Below are positions 48,317-56,936 of a stretch of DNA of 64,000 bases, piece by piece (positions within the stretch are counted from its first letter, which is position 1; every line of letters starts with the position of its first letter). The notes under the pieces were generated by a model. That model ran no database searches. It worked only from the letters and a program-made list of their open reading frames with translations, and was not told the DNA's origin. A program made the translations under genes and the position numbers. The DNA is from a virus: positions 4,391 to 68,390 of the IMG/VR virus record IMGVR_UViG_3300010413_000039. One strand, given 5' to 3'.

Positions 48317-48736
48317 TTAGCTTAGAGAGGGGTATACGTCCTCAAAGTAATCTACCCAACCTTCCATGATGTTTGCGCTCTTCTCCGCATATCCACTAAC
48401 TACTGCACAGATCAGGGTACGTACCATATGGTTGTCCTTAGACAGATATTCATCACACAACTGCTGGAATGCCTTCCGAGAAAATCTGCTGGTGCTCTTC
48501 ACACCACAGTATACCCCATCAGTGGGTACATACTCTCTAACCATGTCACTGTATGTCATTGGCTGGACTGACAGGTAGTACCCACGTTCTACGTCCTTAC
48601 CTGTAAAGTAATTATATCCCCCCAAATTATAATACATTTTCACTTCCATAGCGTTAACCTTTGGCAAACCATCTGCCTGCAGGATAATGCTATTCTCAAA
48701 CTTATTATTGATTTTCTTTATAATTTCGCCTATCAT
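48317..48736 (-). CDS. hypothetical protein
   Basis: YNLGGYNYFTG..ERGYYLSVQP. Confidence 0.65.
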   Translation of the reverse strand: MIGEIIKKINNKFENSIILQADGLPKVNAMEVKMYYNLGGYNYFTGKDVERGYYLSVQPMTYSDMVREYVPTDGVYCGVKSTSRFSRKAFQQLCDEYLSKDNHMVRTLICAVVSGYAEKSANIMEGWVDYFEDVYPSLS

Positions 48737-48779
48737 AGTATCTGTGTCCTTTCCTCAGAATAAATCGCTAAAATGTGCC

Positions 48780-49379
48780 TTATTTTCTAATTTCAAAGGG
48801 CTTATCCCACTTACCTACACCAGTGTGTAACCAGTAGTTTGTGCAGAAGTAATCTACCATAGGATCACTCTTATCCCACCTGTAATACAGTGCTATGGTA
48901 TATACCAGTTCCATCAGTGCACGTCCTCTTGCAGTAAGACGATACTCATTCTTAGGGTAATAGTGATTGGTCTGCATATAATGATCGCTCTCATTCATGC
49001 AAACCTCATACGGTGCAGACATCAGGTATACATTAATGCAGTCAGTCCCTGATCCTCTACCATCACGAGTCACTGAGAATTTAATGTCCTTTCCAAAGAC
49101 GTATTTCAGGGTTGACCTGATCCATTTAACGATCTCATGTGCTGGCATTCCAGATACGGGTGTGCTGTGGATAACCTCTTCCCACCTGTCGTACTCTTCA
49201 TCGAAATTAACAGGATCGGATTCCCCGTCCTCATTAACTCTAATATGATGATAGTGCTCATATCTGAGCAGGGTATAGTTTGTTAACCTTACAGCATCAT
49301 CATATCCCCCCTCAACGTCTACTTTGGTTTCCCCTAACTGATTATCATTTTCATCATACCACTTGATATTATATTTCAT
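48780..49379 (-). CDS. LPD29-like (large polyvalent protein-associated domain) protein
   Basis: IRSTLKYVFGKDIKFSVT...YRWDKSDPMVDYFCTNYW. Confidence 0.7.
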   Translation of the reverse strand: MKYNIKWYDENDNQLGETKVDVEGGYDDAVRLTNYTLLRYEHYHHIRVNEDGESDPVNFDEEYDRWEEVIHSTPVSGMPAHEIVKWIRSTLKYVFGKDIKFSVTRDGRGSGTDCINVYLMSAPYEVCMNESDHYMQTNHYYPKNEYRLTARGRALMELVYTIALYYRWDKSDPMVDYFCTNYWLHTGVGKWDKPFEIRK

Positions 49380-49436
49380 GACTGCCTCCATACATATATT
49401 ATATCACAATAATGTCCCCCTAACATTAATGTGTGA

Positions 49437-49685
49437 TTAGCGCATCAACTCAAACTGAACAGTGATATTTCCACGAGTATCAAGATAAATTCCACTGAGC
49501 TTGCCGGTCATTCGCTCACCAGCTACATCAAATGCATACGGACAGTCGCTGGCATATACCTTAAGGTTAAGGTAGCGGTTCTCTTCTGGTGCTGGTTCAT
49601 TGACCTCAGTAGTATTAATCGCCAGAATGCTTTCCTTCCCTTTCTTCTCACTGTCAAATAAGACTTCCTCGATTATCAGTTTCAT
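49437..49685 (-). CDS. hypothetical protein
   Basis: GGAGG SD, own promoter. Confidence 0.6.
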   Translation of the reverse strand: MKLIIEEVLFDSEKKGKESILAINTTEVNEPAPEENRYLNLKVYASDCPYAFDVAGERMTGKLSGIYLDTRGNITVQFELMR

Positions 49686-50149
49686 CTGCGTGCCTCCATC
49701 TGTAAGATGTCTACATTATACTACGATCTGCAGGTTAAGCAAGAGTAAATTGATCACTCTCATGAAACATTAATGTTAGTACACATGTGTACTGGATAAA
49801 TTGGATCAGCTTTATCGGATATATCCAGTCCGAAAAAGCTAACAAAGTAGACCAGGATTGTCGCATTAGTATGTGGATAAATCGGATCGGAGTAGTCCGA
49901 ATTTATTCCAGGGGTGGATTATCATCTTCTTGGTCTCCTGGTCACACCACACAAGGGTCTGGTTATCATGCCACCTATACGGGCTGTTATGTGTGGTGGA
50001 GGACTACTGTCCCGTCCCCCACCATCTTTGGATTTCTCTCCGTTTACCTGATCCCGTTGCACTCTCCTTTTGTCTACTCCGTTCTTATGATACAATTATA
50101 CCAGATACCGGCAGACTGTCAAGGGTATCTGGTATGTTCTCATAAAACA

Positions 50150-50494
50150 TTAATATAAGAATGATCTCTTTTCAACATGATCTATGCACAGATCGAGTGT
50201 ATACCGTCTGATCAGGTTATCATTAGAATCCCTGATCTCAGCACCAGTAACACCATCTTCTGTGTTCATTATAGTTTCAACTACCTTAAAGATCAGAGCA
50301 GGTGTAGCCATATCACCACGAATGATAACGGTTTCCCCACTGGTAAAATAGATTGATGCTATCATCTGAATAGATGTTATGACTGGTTTATACCCACAGT
50401 CAAAGCAGTTCGTGTTCAGTGATCCCATCTGCCCACCACAGTGTGGACACTGTTCTGGCCAGCTTGTAATATTTCCATCTTTCCAGTTCGTCAT
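50150..50494 (-). CDS. Zn-ribbon plus domain shared with 54660-54893
   Basis: CPHC..CFDC; IYFTSGETVII. Confidence 0.6.
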   Translation of the reverse strand: MTNWKDGNITSWPEQCPHCGGQMGSLNTNCFDCGYKPVITSIQMIASIYFTSGETVIIRGDMATPALIFKVVETIMNTEDGVTGAEIRDSNDNLIRRYTLDLCIDHVEKRSFLY

Positions 50495-50615
50495 TTCTTA
50501 CCTCTCTTTACCTGTTCCTGCTGGATAATGAATACAGATTTGCTGTCTACCTGCATACCACGCTTACGCTTGCGTTTCTGTTCTCGTTTCTCTGATTTAT
50601 ATTCTGATCGTGTTC

Positions 50616-50957
50616 TCATGATACCTTTGCCTCAAACTCCAAGATATTTCTGGTGTCATAGGTGTTTCCAGTTGAGTGTATATCACTCTCAAAAGCTATC
50701 TTGCCTTCACGATATCCCATGTGAATCTCAGTGATCCCGTCCAGATCAACGTTTCCAAAGATACCGTGTCTCATGATAACATTAAATGATGGTGGTTTGA
50801 TCTCACGATGACCATATACACTGTAGTTATCATAAGGATGCTGGCTGTGAAGAACATCTAAAGCCTCAGCCAGATTGTCAGCCTGAATCTCTTCAAGCGA
50901 AACATGGACTATCTCAACCCCATCTGTGAAAGCTACAGCTAAAATGTATGTGTTCAT
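50616..50957 (-). CDS. hypothetical protein
   Basis: AGGAGG SD, own promoter. Confidence 0.65.
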   Translation of the reverse strand: MNTYILAVAFTDGVEIVHVSLEEIQADNLAEALDVLHSQHPYDNYSVYGHREIKPPSFNVIMRHGIFGNVDLDGITEIHMGYREGKIAFESDIHSTGNTYDTRNILEFEAKVS

Positions 50958-51049
50958 ATGTGTGCCTCCTGTATCGTTATATGTGTATTATAACAGAAAA
51001 ACCCCTGATGTCAAGAGCTATCAGGGGTTTCTCATGTTGCTCTAATGTT

Positions 51050-51226
51050 AGCGGAGGCGGTCTAACACTAGACAATAGGGTCTTATGGTTTGCGTTCAGT
51101 CTCCCTAACTTACCATGAGCTAGATCATCAACAGCCTACATAAGACCCTGATCTGACGTGCGCCCACCAGCACACACTCTCCTATCGAGTGGATTTGTCG
51201 TCAACGTGCACCCTATTGGTCAGTCC
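51050..51226 (-). ncRNA. structured non-coding segment 3' of the tmRNA-shaped RNA
   Basis: 11-bp stem 51077-51087/51139-51149 plus short hairpins; no credible ORF. Confidence 0.45.
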
Positions 51227-51616
51227 TAGCACTGCAGGGACTCGAACCCTGTCAGTCAGTGTGCACTCCCACAACACAGGATACCAGCCTGTGTTCACAG
51301 AGATTTTATGAGCATTCAGGGGAATGTGAGAGTTTATCTCGTCAGGTTACAAACAAGGGTGTGGTATACTCCGAGTCTATCTGACATATAGGGTAGGATT
51401 TCACTAAAACAGGCTTACCACACTTCCCTGCAAATGTCCTCCAGCCTTCCATTCCCCTGATTGCCCATAATTCTAGTTCTAGGGTCTGACTCTCACACCT
51501 GTACATGGTGATCGGTAGTAGTGTACTTACAAGTTGGGTCATGCCAACCTAGGATTTACACTTTATCTGCACTCTTCCTATCTAATGCGAGTCACCTACT
51601 TGAGTCATTCAGTGCT
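51227..51616 (-). ncRNA. 390-nt tRNA-like-domain RNA with tmRNA-like architecture
   Basis: AGCACTG (51616-51610) pairs with CAGTGCT (51234-51228) plus discriminator A; T-arm CAGGG-TTCGAGT-CCCTG; long internal helices. Confidence 0.6.
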
Positions 51617-51806
51617 ATCTAGAAATCTCTATGCTGTCCTGCAGTACAGTATAGTGTGTTTGTGAGACAGGTTGTACTGACCTGTATGTATCTCAGAGGC
51701 GAGTCGGACATTTCATTCTAATTAGTCCTTGAATTTCTTATGTGGCATCCCGCTTTTACACCATCCCTGCTGACAGCAGGTAAACTTTTGAACCGCAAAC
51801 CTCGGC

Positions 51807-51927
51807 GGACGGTGGTGGGATTCAAACCCACAACCTCCCATCTTTCCCTAGTGTTGATCAGACACTTTCCGAGGATGATCAATCCTCTACAGGATCATGA
51901 GTGCTCTACCAGTTGAGCTACACCGCC
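51807..51927 (-). tRNA. atypical tRNA/tRNA-like RNA with a 55-nt two-hairpin insert replacing the anticodon loop
   Basis: Acceptor GGCGGTG/CACCGTC, D-arm GCTC-AACTGGTA-GAGC, anticodon stem CTCAT/ATGGG, variable loop AGGTT, T-arm GTGGG-TTTGAAT-CCCAC; no encoded CCA. Confidence 0.8.
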
Positions 51928-51982
51928 ATATTATTTGAGGTTCATTCCAGTGATCAAATCTGGATTGTAAGATTCATATTCA

Positions 51983-52515
51983 GTTGTTAAGGTTCGATGT
52001 TATAATTATACTACAATTTCTTTGTTTGTCAAGGGTATTTCGTGTTTCTAATCTTACATTAATATCGTGGGACTTTCACCCACATGGTGGGACTTTCCCA
52101 CCAGTATTATTCTTTACCTGTCCATTGGATTTAGTCCTCCAGTGAGACACATATTTTATCTGGATGGTCTCACGCTGTCCAGTGATTATCTTCTACACTC
52201 TTGGGGGCATTCTACGTCACAGCCATTGTAGACATCGGTCTTTGGCTATCGGCTGTCTGACCTGCCCCCAAGAGGGCAGAAAATCTCAGGCTATTGTGAT
52301 CTCTCGGACACTTATCACCTTACTTAGCTGGTCGGTCGTTTCCACTACCAGTACCTGAAATATTCTGTTGTTAAGGTTCTGACAGAACCCCTCCAGTCTT
52401 AGTGCCTAGTGTAGGTCTAGTGGGTCTTCGAGTCTCGCTCTACTTGCCTCACCGCTCACTACCTGTTATGGTAGGTGCACATTGGCTGGACTGCCTACTC
52501 AGAATGTTAAGGTTC
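51983..52515 (-). promoter_or_regulatory. three boxA-like antitermination elements GAACCTTAACA
   Basis: At 51983-51995, 52367-52379 and 52503-52515; two lie within ~15 nt downstream of a -10 box. Confidence 0.6.
52066..52502 (-). ncRNA. structured non-coding transcript(s)
   Basis: Own promoter and boxA; 12-bp stem 52198-52209/52263-52274; terminal twin GTGGG..CCCAC hairpins. Confidence 0.55.
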
Positions 52516-52589
52516 TGTCTTATGTCACTATTATAGCATGTTTCAGATATTTGTCAAGGGTTTTAAGGTGTTCTCATGAAACATTAATG

Positions 52590-52847
52590 TTAGGGTGTTA
52601 CCCCTATTACCCCTATTAAACACTGCTCACCACCTTGGCATGGAAAGCCAAACACAGGTTCATTGCCAACAACGTGGTTTCTGATGTCGTTTAAGTATAC
52701 CTTATAAGTACAGACTGTATCACCTATCTCACCACCAGTGCAGGTGTCGGTCAACGGATTCGACCCTGCATCCACAGGTTGTACAGCCACCAACAACATT
52801 ACCACACCTACCACCAGCACTACCAGAATAAGCACAACGGTTTTCAT
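52590..52847 (-). CDS. small secreted Cys-containing protein
   Basis: Signal peptide ending VDA; 4 Cys. Confidence 0.6.
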   Translation of the reverse strand: MKTVVLILVVLVVGVVMLLVAVQPVDAGSNPLTDTCTGGEIGDTVCTYKVYLNDIRNHVVGNEPVFGFPCQGGEQCLIGVIGVTP

Positions 52848-53089
52848 GATTGACTCCTTTTAATCTTCTCTATTAGAGTATTAACTGTTATACATACCGA
52901 CATGAATTGACCTACTTCTACAGGATACTCATAATAAATAGTATGCTCTTCACTTTCATATGGTTCTTTATATGAGAATGTTAATCCAGTAGAGTCAAAC
53001 TCCATACTAACGTAGTAGCCACTATCGTTAATATACATTAACTTTTCTGTTAGCACAGACACACATTGACTAGTAGTTGCCATCCACAT
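52844..53089 (-). CDS. hypothetical protein
   Basis: GGAGG SD. Confidence 0.55.
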   Translation of the reverse strand: MWMATTSQCVSVLTEKLMYINDSGYYVSMEFDSTGLTFSYKEPYESEEHTIYYEYPVEVGQFMSVCITVNTLIEKIKRSQS

Positions 53090-53143
53090 TAGAAACCTCC
53101 ATAAAATAGGATCAATAAGGTGGGATTTCTCCCACCTGTAATA

Positions 53144-53560
53144 TTAGATGTATCGTTGCAGTTTTATTTCGCCACTGTCAACCATCTGTGAGATTTTCTG
53201 AGCAGTCTCAACAGCCTGTCGGTTTCTGTCGTCAGCGTATTGCTGTTCTGCCAGTCCACAGATAATCCCCAAGCAGAAGTTGACAGCCAGCCCCTGCAGT
53301 GTCCTGTGAGTACCTCGCAACCTTAACCCGATCTGTACACCCTCTCCGAAATTCTTTCCTCCGCTGTTCAACCAGTCATCAAACAGACGGGTAAACCGAT
53401 TGGTTGTGAGTGCCCTCTTTAGGCTAAAGGTGCTGATTTCTACATACTCGCCGGTCTCGTATCCAGTCTCAACTTCCCACTTTGAGTCCGCTACCCACTC
53501 TCTGAGGTCTACCCGTTCCTTCTCGAGTCTCTCTTTAATCCTGTCTACATAGATGTTCAT
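53144..53560 (-). CDS. conserved phage hypothetical protein
   Basis: THRTLQ...DDRNRQA; GGAGG SD and own promoter. Confidence 0.7.
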   Translation of the reverse strand: MNIYVDRIKERLEKERVDLREWVADSKWEVETGYETGEYVEISTFSLKRALTTNRFTRLFDDWLNSGGKNFGEGVQIGLRLRGTHRTLQGLAVNFCLGIICGLAEQQYADDRNRQAVETAQKISQMVDSGEIKLQRYI

Positions 53561-53650
53561 TCGTTTGTGCCTCCGTTTCTAAGATGTCCTCATTATATCA
53601 GGTTATAGTATCCTGTCAATAGTATTTTAGGTATTCTCATAATTCTTTAA

Positions 53651-53823
53651 TGTGGGTGGTGGGCTACAAATTCCCGTCTCTTTTATCACTCACGTGGAGA
53701 GGCTTACAACCCTCTCAGGACTTTACACCGACACCTGCCACCTAGTAGTGTTCTCAGGTACACTGCCACCTGTACCGCAGGGTCTTGACGTAGGGTCTCC
53801 GATATGTCCCTACACCACCCACA
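53651..53823 (-). ncRNA. ~170-nt multibranch structured element
   Basis: 11-bp closing stem TGTGGGTGGTG/CACCACCCACA with internal hairpins. Confidence 0.5.
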
Positions 53824-53829
53824 CTCCAG

Positions 53830-54090
53830 CTATACAACACCTACAAATACAAACCCTCTTCCTACACAGTCTACTGCAGTCTCATGCACTGGTCTCTCAG
53901 TCTCGTGGTGTCCCTCGCACCACACCCCAAAGCATGAATGCTCTACAGTATGAGAACCGTCACCGTTCATTCTGATTCTCACAGTGTCGGGTGTGTCTCC
54001 GCACACCTCCCACTTGGCAACCCTACCAGACCACGCTCGATTCTCTTCATCATTCATTGCTCGCATGTTCCTAGTCCAGTTGTGCCTCAT
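53830..54090 (-). CDS. hypothetical protein
   Basis: GGAGG SD, own promoter. Confidence 0.55.
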   Translation of the reverse strand: MRHNWTRNMRAMNDEENRAWSGRVAKWEVCGDTPDTVRIRMNGDGSHTVEHSCFGVWCEGHHETERPVHETAVDCVGRGFVFVGVV

Positions 54091-54659
54091 TTTCGCCTCC
54101 GTGTTCCTGTTATGTCTACATTATAACACATTATAGAATGTTGTCAAGTGTTTTAAGCCTCTCTAATCAAACATTAATCTTTCAGTACACATGTATACTT
54201 GACAAATCAGACCAGCTTTATCCGATAAAGATTGTCCACAAATAGGATCGAAATAGTCCAGGATTGTGCCGGCGTGCATGTGGACAAACTGGATAGGATT
54301 AGTCCGAATAGTTTGCAGGGGTGGATTACCTTCCTTGCATTGCCTGTGGTCGATTTGCCTGGGATGCTGGTTTCTTCTTCACCAGTCTGGAAGTGTGTCT
54401 GTCTTATGATCTAAGTATACCAGAAAATCCCCTCTTGTCAAGGGGATTCTGGCTTTCTCATGAAACATTAATCTATGCGAGTCTCGTGCCTCGGATGTAT
54501 AGAGGAAAGGATTCTTCATCATCTTCAAGAATCACCTCGCCTGAGAAATCATAATCATCAGAGAAATCATCCTCTAGGCACTGGTCACACAGCCCATCAT
54601 CTTCCTCGTTTATTAATGTTCCACATCCCACGCAAAGATATCTTTCCATATTAGACTCC

Positions 54660-54893
54660 TTATGCTGTAAGATTTAAATCTGGATCAGCACTAAAATCCA
54701 CAGGGTGGATTATTAATGCTGGTATAATTGTACTTACCACTTCACCACTACCATCTATAAATTCAACGTACTCCACCTGCCCACTGAACAGCAGGGTATC
54801 AACCGCCATTCTCACATCCTGTTCTGGTGATGTCCAGTCAGATGTGATAGTAATTTGACCTCCATTAGTAAAATTCACGTAAGCTGTAAACAT
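54660..54893 (-). CDS. hypothetical protein
   Basis: Similar to the C-terminus of 50150-50494. Confidence 0.6.
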   Translation of the reverse strand: MFTAYVNFTNGGQITITSDWTSPEQDVRMAVDTLLFSGQVEYVEFIDGSGEVVSTIIPALIIHPVDFSADPDLNLTA

Positions 54894-55088
54894 TTAAGCC
54901 TCCCACTTAATAACTGTATTCTGCAAAGCGTCCAGCAGTTGCTTTGCGTTGACCACTGTTGATGCAGGTTCGATACCAGTCTCAACCGTGAGGATCGCAT
55001 TACCATTTGTCAAGATCACGATCTCAAAACCCTGTCCCTTGATTGCGCTGTCTGCATAAATTCCATTTACCTTGATAATTTCTAACAT
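54894..55088 (-). CDS. hypothetical protein
   Basis: GGAGG SD, own promoter. Confidence 0.6.
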   Translation of the reverse strand: MLEIIKVNGIYADSAIKGQGFEIVILTNGNAILTVETGIEPASTVVNAKQLLDALQNTVIKWEA

Positions 55089-55303
55089 GTTTCGCCTCCG
55101 TGTTTATGATGATTACATTATACCAGAAAATGCTAGCCTGTCAAGCGATTTAAGACATTCTAATAAATCTCTAATGTGACAAATCGGACTAGCTTTATCG
55201 GATAATTTCACTCCGAATAAGCTGATAAAGTTGACCAGGATTGTCCTATTTCCTGGTAAAAAATAAGGCTTGCCTCCCTGACAAGCCTCATTATATTGCA
55301 GGT

Positions 55304-55519
55304 TTAAGATACTTTGGTTATAATACCCTCCGCTACCTCTACAGTAGCATACCATTTGCGGTTGCGGTAGGGGTCAGGGCCGACAACCGTGAATTTACCA
55401 GTTCCAGATTCAGGGATTTCATTCCCAAACAGGGATGTTTCCACAAACCTACCTGCTGAAATTCCCTGCCCTACCTGTTCCTTGAGTTCCTTTTTAGTCT
55501 TGCGATATGATCCTACCAT
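55304..55519 (-). CDS. hypothetical protein
   Basis: TKKELKEQVG...ETSLFGNE...RKWYATV; GGAGG SD. Confidence 0.65.
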   Translation of the reverse strand: MVGSYRKTKKELKEQVGQGISAGRFVETSLFGNEIPESGTGKFTVVGPDPYRNRKWYATVEVAEGIITKVS

Positions 55520-55604
55520 TTCACTACCTCCGTTTTTTATTTGTTATGTCCTAATTGTACCAGTTATTAGATCGCTTGTCAAGTTAAACTTGGTTAAGGT
55601 TTGG

Positions 55605-55931
55605 TTAAGACTTTCGCCATACGTGATTATAGATATCACGTAGAATCTGCAGTTTAACATAGTATCCTGCAGGGAGTCTGCCATCAGGGGTTAAGGATTC
55701 CCTGAATGCAGACATTGCATTATATAATGCTGTCCTCTTTGTTTCACCAGAAAATAAGTTGTTGAGGGGTAGATTAAACCCCTCTAAACTAACAGTAAAC
55801 ATATCACCAGCCTTTTTTAAATAAATGCCCATCCAGCAGGAGGCAACATAGCCCACTATTGTTTCCTCCTCCCCATCTATGAGCCTTTCAAATTCGGCTG
55901 TCATTCCCATCGGTTTTAATGTAAATTCCAT
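55605..55931 (-). CDS. hypothetical protein
   Basis: GGAGG SD. Confidence 0.6.
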   Translation of the reverse strand: MEFTLKPMGMTAEFERLIDGEEETIVGYVASCWMGIYLKKAGDMFTVSLEGFNLPLNNLFSGETKRTALYNAMSAFRESLTPDGRLPAGYYVKLQILRDIYNHVWRKS

Positions 55932-55990
55932 TTTAATCCTCCGTTTATTTGGTCAATGTGGGGAGGCTGTCCTAGCCTCCCCATTATTTT

Positions 55991-56338
55991 TTACTGCAGT
56001 CTATAGGTGATGGTCACACCGTCAACCGCTGTCATCTTTCGGTGCAGGTGTTCCCACCCTACCTCACCCTGTCTTATTGTCGCTTTGTACTGTGACAGTG
56101 AGCTATCCTCATTAATCATGTGGTTTATAACAGCCACTGTATGACTGCAGAATGAGGGGGAGGGTGCTGTCCTAGTACCACCACGAGTCGCCCACTTGCA
56201 AGAGCATGCAGGAATGCCATCGTTGACAAACACAGGGTAAGATTCACCACTTTCACATGATATCACCTCGAATCCCCATGAGCGTACCTCAACCTGATGT
56301 CCCAAACCTTTATTAATAATATTTTTAATGTGTCGCAT
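55991..56338 (-). CDS. SWIM-type zinc finger protein
   Basis: CSC...CSH. Confidence 0.7.
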   Translation of the reverse strand: MRHIKNIINKGLGHQVEVRSWGFEVISCESGESYPVFVNDGIPACSCKWATRGGTRTAPSPSFCSHTVAVINHMINEDSSLSQYKATIRQGEVGWEHLHRKMTAVDGVTITYRLQ

Positions 56339-56633
56339 TTTAACCTCCGTGTTTTATTTGTTATGTCCTTATAATACTACGAATTTTAATTCTTGCATAG
56401 GGTAAATTCGATACTCTAATAATCCTTTAATGTTGTCCTTTAGTACCTAAAATTAACCATAGTCCAAACATAACACCTAATACTAATAGTACAGTGCTTA
56501 AACTCACGTCATATGATTGTATATTTATATAATCCGTTAGTATTGTCATTATTATGTCCATTATATATCCTTTAATCCGTGTTTGGTCAATGTCCAGTGA
56601 GTAGACATATAATCTACTCACTGGTATTATTTA

Positions 56634-56936
56634 TTAGTTGATAATATCGTTAATTATATCCTCCATTAATTCTATGCTATCATCAAATATCTGTCTATGA
56701 TTATAATATACCATTATTTGATCGTTTTTAAGGTCTATGCTATAGGTTAAACCGCTTACGTAGTGCTTATTAATGCTATTATGATATACTCCGTTACAGT
56801 ACATCAACTCGATAACATAAACTATGTCCTCGATCAAAGCACAGGCCGTCCCTACATCTAAGGTAAGATTAATAAATTTTACTTCATCCCCATGCTTATT
56901 AATTAATTCGCTCACTAGACTCATTTTAGCCTCCAT
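56634..56936 (-). CDS. hypothetical protein
   Basis: GGAGG SD (likely start ~56924). Confidence 0.5.
   Translation of the reverse strand: MEAKMSLVSELINKHGDEVKFINLTLDVGTACALIEDIVYVIELMYCNGVYHNSINKHYVSGLTYSIDLKNDQIMVYYNHRQIFDDSIELMEDIINDIIN

Larger units (their letters stand above)
42606..49441 (-). promoter_or_regulatory. seven promoters with TATAAT and a bipartite direct-repeat box in place of -35
   Basis: At 42606-42649, 43917-43960, 45068-45111, 46511-46554, 46781-46824, 48283-48326, 49398-49441: box N3 box, then exactly 19 bp, then TATAAT. Confidence 0.75.
49715..55177 (-). promoter_or_regulatory. array of nine promoters, TTGACA-16 bp-TATAAT, each with an inverted bipartite box upstream
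   Basis: -10/-35 at 49715-49742 (TTGCTT), 50095-50122, 50987-51014, 52005-52032, 52530-52557, 53592-53619, 54120-54147, 54414-54441 (TATACT), 55117-55144. Confidence 0.8.

Noticed and set aside
49787-50158. Plus-strand ORFs across the periodic elements (also 54232-54554, 58410-58676)
   Set aside because: Opposite to local transcription, no SD, and they overlap promoters and repeats
51342-51542. 66-aa minus-strand ORF inside the ncRNA block
   Set aside because: No clear SD, atypical composition, and it overlaps long helices; cannot be fully excluded as an mRNA-like domain
51842-51896. Group I/II or archaeal-type intron in the tRNA
   Set aside because: 55 nt is too short for self-splicing introns, and I could not identify a bulge-helix-bulge or a splice that restores a canonical 7-nt loop
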